Shown piece after piece: positions 48,123-56,572 of a stretch of 64,000 nt of DNA. The stretch comes from Clostridia bacterium (GTDB lineage Bacteria > Bacillota > Clostridia > Oscillospirales > CAG-272), in assembly GCA_017623355.1 (NCBI GenBank), contig JAGAPG010000014.1:6272-70271 (forward strand). The letters are read 5' to 3'. Made by a program: the position numbers and the translations under genes. Position 1 is the first letter of the stretch. Each line of letters begins with the position of its first letter. The notes beneath the pieces are model-generated. The model saw nothing but the letters and a program-made list of their open reading frames with translations, did not search any database and was not told the DNA's origin.

Positions 48123-50390
48123 TTATTTTAATTTAGAAACGGTCGTCGAGCTTATTGCTGTTAAAATAAGTATGCTTATCAAATAATATCCTACGATATA
48201 AATTGGAAGAATCGAGCTTAGCTTCCCGAATGTAAAGAAACCGATAGCTATAGCCCCTATAACAGACAGTATGATTTTGAAAACCGTTGAAACCTTTCTG
48301 ACCTTTACTATTTTTCTGCACACAGGCAACGCCTTAAGAAGCGCCTTTGAAAGTCCCTTAGATACAATTCCGCTATCGGTTTTGGGCTGTACCTGTGGAA
48401 TATCCTCCTCTGCTCCCAAGCGTATCACCTGCAAGTCTGCTTTCTTAAAATGAGTTTGTCTTTCCAAAAGCTCGTTATTTATATTTGGATCAAATGTTCT
48501 TATACCAACATATATTCCTTGCTTATTAAGAGATTTTACTATCCTTGCAAACTCTTCATCTATTTGATACTTGATATACATTTTTGCACAAAGCTTGCTA
48601 TTACAAGCCATATACATTACGCTAACATCGTCATCGCTTGAATCCTTTTCGTTACCAAGCTCTATTCCCTGCGAGGTAATTCCGTATCTATCAGCAAAAA
48701 TAATCGTATCGTTATCTACCTTTACGCAAAGATAGTTTCTTCCGGAGCATACAAATTTTGCACGCTTACTCTTTGCAAATGCATCCTTTGTAGCTATTTC
48801 AAAAACATCTGCCAAAGGACCGCCGACCGTACTAAATCCACTTGATGCATAGTAAAGCACCTTTTCAAATTTATAATTATTATAAACATTGAAGCTTTGA
48901 AGCTTTACATTATAAGGCGGAAATGCGGTGGTATCGTTTGCAGAAACCACGTTTACCTTGGAAAATTCGTAAAGTGCATTTTCACCTATTATAGATACCT
49001 CGTCCTCGAAAAGCTTTTTATTACCAAAGAAAAACGGCATACTGTAGCTTATTAAAACGCCTATCGGCGCTATAAGTAAAAATCCTATATACCAAATATG
49101 AACCGCATTAAAGAAATTTTTATTTATTATTATTGATATAATCGCAAAAACAAGCGGAACACATATTGCGAGAATATAGTAAGGATACATTATCCTGCCG
49201 GTTTTGGCAGATTGATTTGTCCTTTGGAAATATCCCTTTACAAAATCACTTTTTTCAATTCTGATAATATCCCCGTAAACTCCCTTTCCCGTGGTTGTAA
49301 ATGCCTCCTGCTCATTTTCAGCATCCTCTCCGTTGACCTTAGAAAATACAAACTTAGTATCTTTAGAAGAAACTACGCTAAAGCCGTATTTTTCTCTTAC
49401 AACATTTATATATGAGAAAAACAGTACCAATACACATACAAATGCAACGGGAAAATTGCAAAGCGGAAGCTTTACCTCATTAGTAAAAGGAATAAATACG
49501 AGATTTATTATAGAATACAAAAGTCCTGCTGACGTAACATATACGGCGACAGATTCGGGAATAAGCTCTCTTGTAAATATAGATTTTATTCCGTGATATA
49601 ATTGCTCATACGAACACGCTATACAAAGAAGTAAAAATCCTATATCCGCAATAAAATGTATATAAGGATGCTCGTTTATGCTAAATATTCCTCGCATCTC
49701 GATAGGAAACATAGATAAAGATTCAATCAAAAGAACAAAAATTGCAAAAATAGATGCCATTATCATTTTCGTCTTTATACTTCTTTTTGCATATTTGTAC
49801 ATTCCTATGATTTCTTTTCTTTGCTGACGGTCTGTATATTCGTAATAATCCGAATGAATATCTCCCTGCAGAGTTTCTATTTCCGTTGTAGTTTGATTGG
49901 TGGAAATATCGATATTGAGAGTTTTTCCTGTCTTATCGGCAATACCGAAAGCAGACATAAAATGTTGCTCTGTTTGAGATGTATTTGCATACATATCATT
50001 AAGATTTTCCTTGAAGCCCTCTTTTTTTTCCTCGTTCTCATTGTACGCCCATTTAGCGACCTCTATTTTTTTGGCTTCCTCTCCTTTAAGCTGTTCTTCT
50101 GCCTTTTCAAAAGCCTCGACATCCGGAGATATAAGCTCGACATCATCATCAAGCTCAGGTGTTACTTCATATAATTCTTCGTTTATTGCTATCGTTTGCG
50201 GATCTGATACTTTTTTTCTTCTAGAAGAGCTTGAAGAAGCTGATATTATCTCACACGGCTCTATTGTTTCTTGAACAACATTTCCCTTAGCTAAATCCTT
50301 ATCGTCAAGCTCGGCAGCTTTCTTATCAGGCTCTGCTGTATTCTGAGCTTCGGTAAGATCCATTTTTAATTGATCATATTTTTTATCCAT
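48123..50390 (-). CDS. large membrane protein with degenerate P-type-ATPase-like architecture
   Basis: An acidic N-terminal region of about 200 aa, then about 8 TM helices, then a roughly 220-aa cytoplasmic domain, then 2 terminal TM helices. No DKTGT, TGES or GDGxND motifs are visible. GGAAGGAGG SD. Confidence 0.6.
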   Translation of the reverse strand: MDKKYDQLKMDLTEAQNTAEPDKKAAELDDKDLAKGNVVQETIEPCEIISASSSSSRRKKVSDPQTIAINEELYEVTPELDDDVELISPDVEAFEKAEEQLKGEEAKKIEVAKWAYNENEEKKEGFKENLNDMYANTSQTEQHFMSAFGIADKTGKTLNIDISTNQTTTEIETLQGDIHSDYYEYTDRQQRKEIIGMYKYAKRSIKTKMIMASIFAIFVLLIESLSMFPIEMRGIFSINEHPYIHFIADIGFLLLCIACSYEQLYHGIKSIFTRELIPESVAVYVTSAGLLYSIINLVFIPFTNEVKLPLCNFPVAFVCVLVLFFSYINVVREKYGFSVVSSKDTKFVFSKVNGEDAENEQEAFTTTGKGVYGDIIRIEKSDFVKGYFQRTNQSAKTGRIMYPYYILAICVPLVFAIISIIINKNFFNAVHIWYIGFLLIAPIGVLISYSMPFFFGNKKLFEDEVSIIGENALYEFSKVNVVSANDTTAFPPYNVKLQSFNVYNNYKFEKVLYYASSGFSTVGGPLADVFEIATKDAFAKSKRAKFVCSGRNYLCVKVDNDTIIFADRYGITSQGIELGNEKDSSDDDVSVMYMACNSKLCAKMYIKYQIDEEFARIVKSLNKQGIYVGIRTFDPNINNELLERQTHFKKADLQVIRLGAEEDIPQVQPKTDSGIVSKGLSKALLKALPVCRKIVKVRKVSTVFKIILSVIGAIAIGFFTFGKLSSILPIYIVGYYLISILILTAISSTTVSKLK

Positions 50391-50405
50391 AAAATCCTCC
50401 TTCCG

Positions 50406-51242
50406 TCAAGTTCGTTGCATTCTCGCTGCATGACAAAGTATAACGGATGCAGCGGTTGAAACATTTAAAGAATTAACCTTTCCATACATAGGGATGGAAA
50501 CAATGAAATCGCTTCGATCCTTTATCAATTTTCCTACACCGTTTCCTTCGGATCCCAATATTATAGCACAAGCACAATTAAAATCAGTTTCATAATAAGG
50601 AGTTCCGCCCGCCTCAGATGCGTATATCCAAAGTCCCTTCTTTTTAAGGTCCTCTATAGTCGTTGCTATATTTGCGACCTTGGCAATCGCCATATGCTCT
50701 ATAGCGCCTGCGGATGATTTATATACTGCCGGAGTTATGCCGACCGCGTGTCTTTTGGGAATTATAATTCCGTGTGCTCCCGCGCATTCAGCGCATCTTA
50801 TAAGTGCACCGAGATTATGCGGATCTTCAATAGAATCGGCAATAACGATAAGCGGCTTCTCATTCCTTTCGTGCGCTATCTCAAGTATTTCATCTACACT
50901 TACATATTCCTTTAATGAAGCCATAGCTATAACGCCTTGATGATTAGCGCCGCCGCTGATGTGATCAAGCTTTGTGCCTTCTACCTCAACAACAGGTATT
51001 CTTTTTTCTACCGCTTTGGCAACTATAACAACGATAGAGCCTTCTCTTTCTCCCTTTCGCACATAAATTTTATCTATAGTTCTATCAGATTTCAAAAGCT
51101 CGGAAACAGCATTTCTGCCGACAACAACGCCTGAATTTTCAGCTTCATCATTAAATTGCTGCTTTGAAAACTCTCTTTTCTTTAATCCTGCGCTTTTTGA
51201 ATTTCCTTTGTTTTTGAAATTAAAATTTTCCTTATTTCCCAT
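50406..51242 (-). CDS. rlmB: 23S rRNA (guanosine2251-2'-O)-methyltransferase
   Basis: SpoU/TrmH motifs DPHNLGALIRCAECAG, ILGSEGNG and NSLNVSTAASV, plus an N-terminal substrate-binding domain. Confidence 0.9.
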   Translation of the reverse strand: MGNKENFNFKNKGNSKSAGLKKREFSKQQFNDEAENSGVVVGRNAVSELLKSDRTIDKIYVRKGEREGSIVVIVAKAVEKRIPVVEVEGTKLDHISGGANHQGVIAMASLKEYVSVDEILEIAHERNEKPLIVIADSIEDPHNLGALIRCAECAGAHGIIIPKRHAVGITPAVYKSSAGAIEHMAIAKVANIATTIEDLKKKGLWIYASEAGGTPYYETDFNCACAIILGSEGNGVGKLIKDRSDFIVSIPMYGKVNSLNVSTAASVILCHAARMQRT

Positions 51243-51324
51243 AATAATAAATTTCCTTTTTATTATTTATAATCATTATATATTTTAACATATAATAAAG
51301 ATTTTGTACAGAGTTTTTTTGAAA

Positions 51325-51362
51325 AAATAAAAAAACACACCCCTGATATATATCAGGGGTAG
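51325..51362 (-). terminator. rho-independent terminator
   Basis: Stem cccctgat/atcagggg with a downstream T-run on the minus strand. Confidence 0.7.
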
Positions 51363-51431
51363 TTTTAAATTCAAATCATAAATTTCTATAACGAAAATAT
51401 TCTATCTGTGAATATAATTAAGTCCTATAAA

Positions 51432-51707
51432 TTACTGATTCTTCATTTCTGCAAAACATTCGCTGCAATACACGGGTCTGTCGCTACTAGGCTGGAAAGG
51501 AACCTTCGCTTCTTTTCCGCATTGAGCGCATGTAGCAGTAAACATTTCTCTTGGAGCCTTAGCAGCATTCTTTCTTGCATCTCTGCACGCTTTGCATCTT
51601 TGAGGCTCGTTTTGGAAGCCCTTCTCTGCGTAGAACTCCTGCTCGCCTGCTGTAAATACGAACTCCTCTCCGCAATCTTTGCATTTTAAGGTCTTGTCTT
51701 GAAACAT
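51432..51707 (-). CDS. double zinc-ribbon protein (CxxC x4)
   Basis: CKDCGEEF...CKAC and CAQCGKEA...CSEC. 91 aa with an AGGAGAG SD. Confidence 0.75.
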   Translation of the reverse strand: MFQDKTLKCKDCGEEFVFTAGEQEFYAEKGFQNEPQRCKACRDARKNAAKAPREMFTATCAQCGKEAKVPFQPSSDRPVYCSECFAEMKNQ

Positions 51708-51750
51708 TTCATACTCTCCTATTTTAGGTAATTATTTATACAAGCTTTCG

Positions 51751-52302
51751 CTATGTATCATTATTAAGTGTCTTTTTTAACTTTGCTTTTATACGATATA
51801 TAGCATTGTTAACAGACTTTTCGCTTTTTCCGATTTTTACTGATATCTCCTTTGCTCTGCTACCGTTAAGATAGTAAGTAAATATCTCTTTTTCATAATC
51901 GGACAAGCAATTACGGGCAAGATAGAAAAGCTTTTTTTCAAGTTCATGCTCTAATAAATAATCCTGCGGTGAATTCGAATATGAGTCATCGAGCTCAATA
52001 CTTTGAGATCTTTTTTTTGATTTCAATGCGCGAATATAAGATATGAGCTTGTTTCTTATACATATCTTGGCGTAAGCGCCAAAGGTTACGTTTTTATCCT
52101 TGGAATACGTTTTTACTGCATTGTAAAAAGCCAGCTTTGTTTCCTGAATAAAATCATCGTCGTCTCTTACACTTCCGTAGCACATAGACGAATATTTTTG
52201 GGACATACTAATTATCAAAGCGTTATACTTTTCAAGAAGTAATCTAAATGCCTGCTCATCGTTTTTTTGCGCAAGCTTTATAATTTCAAATATTTCATCC
52301 AT
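51751..52302 (-). CDS. sigma-70 family RNA polymerase sigma factor (SigH-like, small)
   Basis: Region 2 is FIQETKLAFYNAVKTY...TFGAYAKICIRNKLISYIR and region 4 is EISVKIGKSEKSVNNAIYRIKAKL. 183 aa. Confidence 0.75.
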   Translation of the reverse strand: MDEIFEIIKLAQKNDEQAFRLLLEKYNALIISMSQKYSSMCYGSVRDDDDFIQETKLAFYNAVKTYSKDKNVTFGAYAKICIRNKLISYIRALKSKKRSQSIELDDSYSNSPQDYLLEHELEKKLFYLARNCLSDYEKEIFTYYLNGSRAKEISVKIGKSEKSVNNAIYRIKAKLKKTLNNDT

Positions 52303-52438
52303 ATATGTTGCTCCGTATTATCTTATATTATAGCACAAATATTCATAATGTCAAGAACTTTTTTGCATTTTCTCCGTTTTTAACGATTTTATAAGCATTT
52401 TTTTGTGCATTTTCAACAAACATATTGATTTTCAGGGA

Positions 52439-52993
52439 TCATTCAAATATGTAATTCTTTTCTCCGGATACCAAAGCAAGAGTTCCTCTAAATACAATTT
52501 CCGGTTTTCTTCTGAAGTTTATAAGCATTCTTTCGCCCTCAATCTTGGAATCTACCTCTATATTTATATCAAGCACGATTCTTCCTCGCTCGGTTATTTC
52601 ACAATGAACCATATATTTTCCTTCTTCGGTGGATGGCTTCATACTACAGTTAAGAGCTGCTCCTCTTTTTTGAAATGACAAATGTCTTATCGCGCTTCTA
52701 TAGCTCATTTCCTTGATGCTTGGCAAAATAGCATCATTAAGCTCTGTTGCTATAGTTCTGCCGGTAGCAGATACTTGATATAGAGCATCTCCCGATTCAT
52801 CCTTTTCCACTTCAATTACGTGACGGGCATCTATAAGCTCCGTAAAGCAATCTCCCGAATCAAAATAACTAACCACGTTTTCCTGATAAAGAATACTGCA
52901 TATATCGGTAAATTTCACGGGATAACCGATTCTGTCCATGAGGTAAAGGATAAATATTTTTATCTCGTTTTTATCTTTCATTGGAATGTCCAT
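52439..52993 (-). CDS. DUF4364-like putative winged-helix protein
   Basis: The N-terminus EIKIFILYLMDRIGYPVKFTDICSIL...YFD resembles the DUF4364 family. AGGAGG SD. The family call is tentative. Confidence 0.55.
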   Translation of the reverse strand: MDIPMKDKNEIKIFILYLMDRIGYPVKFTDICSILYQENVVSYFDSGDCFTELIDARHVIEVEKDESGDALYQVSATGRTIATELNDAILPSIKEMSYRSAIRHLSFQKRGAALNCSMKPSTEEGKYMVHCEITERGRIVLDINIEVDSKIEGERMLINFRRKPEIVFRGTLALVSGEKNYIFE

Positions 52994-53101
52994 TTTTACC
53001 TCCTAAAAATTTGTTCTTATGAATTTATAATATCACAACGACATAAAATAATCAACATTTTTTTAATTTTCCTTACATAGAAAAATCAGGAGATGACAAA
53101 A

Positions 53102-53950
53102 ATGGAGTTTATTCGCAGCGATCTTGCTTGTGATTTCACACAAGAAATTCAAAAGCACTGCCACGGTGACGGTTACACTGTATTGGAACTTTCAAAAAAA
53201 GGGCTTCCTATCATAGAGGTGGAAATAAAAAACGAGCATACTGAAAGGTTTCTTGGTAAAAAAATAGGTAAATATTCGACCGTCTGCATCGGCACGGAAT
53301 GGATCTACAATAAAGAAAAAAGCGAAAATATCAAACACGTGGTGGCGGATATTTTTGAAAATATGCTTTTATCAGACTCAAAAAAATTTTCAAAATTTTT
53401 AATAGTTGGGCTTGGCAACAGAGCTCTCACATCCGACGCTTTAGGCCCTTTCACAATTGAAAATATAGATATATCCGAGCATAAAAGCGCAAAATACTCT
53501 ATATATCTATCTGTTCCGGGAATCGAGGCAATTACAGGTATAAAAACTGTTGATCAAATAAAAATTATTTGTGACAAAATAAAAGCAGATTGTGTGATTT
53601 TAATAGACGCTTTAGTGGCGAGGAGTGTCGATAGAATGTGTTCTACAATACAAATCTCAAACACAGGCATAGCTCCGGGAAGCGGAATAGCCGGATTCAA
53701 AGATGAAATTAGCAAAACGAGCTTGGGAGTGTCTGTTTTTTCTATTGGAATGCCCACCGTAGTATCCTCTTCAACTATGATATCCGATATTTTGAGAAAC
53801 AAAAAATCATCTGATGATATAATAAAGCATCATCTAAAGGACGAAAAAAGCTATTTTGTAACACTTAGCGAAGCTGATATAATAGTTTCAAAAGCAGCAT
53901 CATTTATTGCAGAAGCTATAAATTATGTATTAAAAGAATACACAGTTTGA
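53102..53950 (+). CDS. gpr: germination (spore) protease GPR
   Basis: IRSDLA, VGLGNRALTSDALGP, and IDALVARSVDRMCSTIQISNTGIAPGSG. ATG 53102 was chosen because GGAG lies 9 nt upstream, whereas ATG 53093 abuts the SD. Confidence 0.85.
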   Translation: MEFIRSDLACDFTQEIQKHCHGDGYTVLELSKKGLPIIEVEIKNEHTERFLGKKIGKYSTVCIGTEWIYNKEKSENIKHVVADIFENMLLSDSKKFSKFLIVGLGNRALTSDALGPFTIENIDISEHKSAKYSIYLSVPGIEAITGIKTVDQIKIICDKIKADCVILIDALVARSVDRMCSTIQISNTGIAPGSGIAGFKDEISKTSLGVSVFSIGMPTVVSSSTMISDILRNKKSSDDIIKHHLKDEKSYFVTLSEADIIVSKAASFIAEAINYVLKEYTV

Positions 53951-53974
53951 CCGAATATTTTTTGATTTTCAAAA

Positions 53975-54541
53975 TCACAATAGTTTTGAAAATATCTCTA
54001 CTCCGTTATTTTCAGACAAACATTTTGATCGCTCTATTATTTCAAGAGCATACGTGTTTTTTATGTATTTTGAATACTCTGTTAAAAAATAATATTTTAT
54101 ATCCCTTGTATCTTCATCAAAAATGAACAGATAATATTTTTCAGTATCATAATAAATTTTACTTTTCACCTGAGCCATTGAATTTTCTGCAAGTCTTTTA
54201 CAAGCAACAAGCAAATCGTTTATATTATCAAATGCAAATATGCTCTGGCTCACATTTCCTCTTTGCTTAGGTTGAAAAACGTTTCTTTCTTTATAATTTT
54301 TATCCTTTGCTTTACTTACAAATATTTCACAATCACCACAAGATGATGTATAAATTTCTACGCAAATTCTTCCTTTGGCATCAAATCCTACTTCTTTTTT
54401 AGCCTTTTCAAGCAATTCTCTTAGCGAATCGGAATTTTCATAATCTATTGTTTCCTTATTCTTTATAAAATCAAATTTTTCCGCTTCCTCTCTTGAAAGA
54501 GATATTTTAAGTGAGTTTATACCTAATTTTATTATCTCCAC
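53975..54541 (-). CDS. mecA: adaptor protein MecA
   Basis: (V)EIIKLGINSLKISLSREEAEKFDF..., C-terminal YYLFIF...LTEYS, and 188 aa match MecA-family organisation. GTG start with a GAGGTGAG SD. Confidence 0.65.
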   Translation of the reverse strand: MEIIKLGINSLKISLSREEAEKFDFIKNKETIDYENSDSLRELLEKAKKEVGFDAKGRICVEIYTSSCGDCEIFVSKAKDKNYKERNVFQPKQRGNVSQSIFAFDNINDLLVACKRLAENSMAQVKSKIYYDTEKYYLFIFDEDTRDIKYYFLTEYSKYIKNTYALEIIERSKCLSENNGVEIFSKLL

Positions 54542-54718
54542 AGTCTCACCTCATAACAATTATATATATATTTATAAAAAACTCGCCAAGAGGTTATAAA
54601 TTCATAATCTTCACGTTTTATACATTTCTATCTTTTCCCTTACAGTATTATGAAAAATAGTAATTTTTTGTTAAAAATCGAAATATATTTTATTAGAAAA
54701 TGTATTTAGGAGTTTTTT

Positions 54719-55996
54719 ATGAAAAGGTTTTTATTTTTTACTATTATGCTTGCTGTCTTTTTTTCGTTAAATGTATTTGCAAGTGAAAAAATTTCGCCCG
54801 CTATTGATGTTATAGCACAAGAAAACGGTATGGTAAAGGCAGGTATCGTTTATGATGGAGAAATAAACTTTGATGTTAATGATTTTGATGATAATATCGG
54901 AGTTAACGTTTCTTCCATTACTATAAGTGCATTACCTAAGGAAAAAGACGGACGTCTTATGCTTGATAACTTATACGTTGTTGAAAATCAGGTTATTTCA
55001 AGAGAAGATTTTTCTTCGCTTCGATTTATACCAAAGTCGAGTAAAGAAGGAATTTACACCTTCAAATTTTATCCGAACAGCTCTGCTTATGAAATTGAGT
55101 GTGAATTAAAAGTAATACGCGAGGTCAATCTTTCACCAGTTGGCGCAAACGGTGAAAGTATTTCAGCTTGGACAGCTACAAATATTTCCTCATTCGGTTC
55201 TCTTTCCGGATATGACCCCGAAGGAGATGAATTGAAATTTGAAATAGTTTCCTTGCCCGAAAAAGGACTTATTGAAATTACAAATGCAAAAACCGGAGAT
55301 TACAAATATACACCGTACGAAAATAAAAGAGGTTCTGATGCATTTACTTACAGAGTCCGCGATGAATACGGAAATTACTCAGGAGAAACGACTGTTACAA
55401 TAGATATCGAGCGTCTTGATACAGACATAGTTTTTTCCGACATGAGAAATCATAGATCCCTCAATGCCGCTTATATCGTAACAATGAATGAAATTATGAC
55501 TGTAGAACAAAATTCCGACGGAAGCTTTATGTTTAATCCCGACAAATGCATTACAAAAGAAGAATTTGTTTTTCTCGTTATGAACACTATGGGTGCTAAG
55601 GATGTTCCAACATTAACAAAAACGAGATTTGCGGACGATGAGGATATCTCTCCCGAATACAAGGGATATTTAGAAAGTGCTTTTTCTCTTGGTATCATTT
55701 CCGGCGAAAGGCGTAATGACGGAATACATATAAACCCAAAAAGTGAAATAACAACGGCAGAAGCAAGCGTTATAATAAATAACATAATAGGTGCAAATAT
55801 AGAAAGCTCTATGAGTGTTTTCGCCGACGAAAGCGACATTCCCACCTGGGCAAAAAGCTCTCTCGTTTCATTAAACGAATTAGGAATTATTCCAAAGGTA
55901 AACGGGAAGATCAATCCAAATTCTCCACTCACAAGAGCGCAAACAGCGCAAATATTAATGTCTCTTTTAGAATACAGAGGCAAGCTGCCTCATTAA
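54719..55996 (+). CDS. secreted cell-wall protein: cadherin/Ig-like repeat region plus three SLH domains
   Basis: Signal peptide MKRFLFFTIMLAVFFSLNVFA. The segment DPEGDELKFEIV...GSDAFTYRVRDEYGNYS is cadherin-like. Three SLH-like units begin at FSDMRNH, FADDEDI and FADESDI. Confidence 0.8.
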   Translation: MKRFLFFTIMLAVFFSLNVFASEKISPAIDVIAQENGMVKAGIVYDGEINFDVNDFDDNIGVNVSSITISALPKEKDGRLMLDNLYVVENQVISREDFSSLRFIPKSSKEGIYTFKFYPNSSAYEIECELKVIREVNLSPVGANGESISAWTATNISSFGSLSGYDPEGDELKFEIVSLPEKGLIEITNAKTGDYKYTPYENKRGSDAFTYRVRDEYGNYSGETTVTIDIERLDTDIVFSDMRNHRSLNAAYIVTMNEIMTVEQNSDGSFMFNPDKCITKEEFVFLVMNTMGAKDVPTLTKTRFADDEDISPEYKGYLESAFSLGIISGERRNDGIHINPKSEITTAEASVIINNIIGANIESSMSVFADESDIPTWAKSSLVSLNELGIIPKVNGKINPNSPLTRAQTAQILMSLLEYRGKLPH

Positions 55997-56000
55997 AATA

Positions 56001-56036
56001 AAAATACCGAGTTTGCTTTAAGCTCGGTATTTTTCA
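56001..56036. terminator. bidirectional terminator
   Basis: Stem ataccgag/ctcggtat, flanked by A/T runs. Confidence 0.75.
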
Positions 56037-56050
56037 TTATGTACTTAATA

Positions 56051-56542
56051 TTATTTTTCAACACAAAAATTTATTGTAAGTGAACTCAATCTTGGAACAA
56101 GCTGCGTAAATTTTATTCCTGCTGCCTCAAGCATACGCTTGGATGCTATGGTGCCGTCAGTCATGGCATATTTGTCAGATAAATAAACGACCTCTTTTAT
56201 TCCTGCTTGAATTATCGCCTTTGCACATTCATTACAGGGAAAAAGCGCAACATAAATCTTTGAGCCGGTAAGATTTTTTCCTCTCGCATTTAAAATAGCG
56301 TTCAATTCGGCATGCACAACAAACGGATACTTAGTATCGCAAAATTCGCCCTCTCGCTCCCATGGAAATTCATCATCAGAGCATCCAGCAGGAAAGCCAT
56401 TATAGCCTGTAGAAAGAATGCGGTTTTCGTTATCAACTATACAAGCTCCGACCTGAGTATTCGGATCTTTTGATCTCGCTGCGGCGAGCAACGCAACTCC
56501 CATAAAATATTCATCCCACGAAATATAGTTCTCTCTTTTCAT
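56051..56542 (-). CDS. dCMP (deoxycytidylate) deaminase
   Basis: HAELNAI and PCNECAKAIIQAGI zinc motifs. The N-terminus WDEYFMGVALLAA is typical. Confidence 0.9.
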   Translation of the reverse strand: MKRENYISWDEYFMGVALLAAARSKDPNTQVGACIVDNENRILSTGYNGFPAGCSDDEFPWEREGEFCDTKYPFVVHAELNAILNARGKNLTGSKIYVALFPCNECAKAIIQAGIKEVVYLSDKYAMTDGTIASKRMLEAAGIKFTQLVPRLSSLTINFCVEK

Positions 56543-56572
56543 AAATTCTCTCCTTTATATTTATTTCAACGT

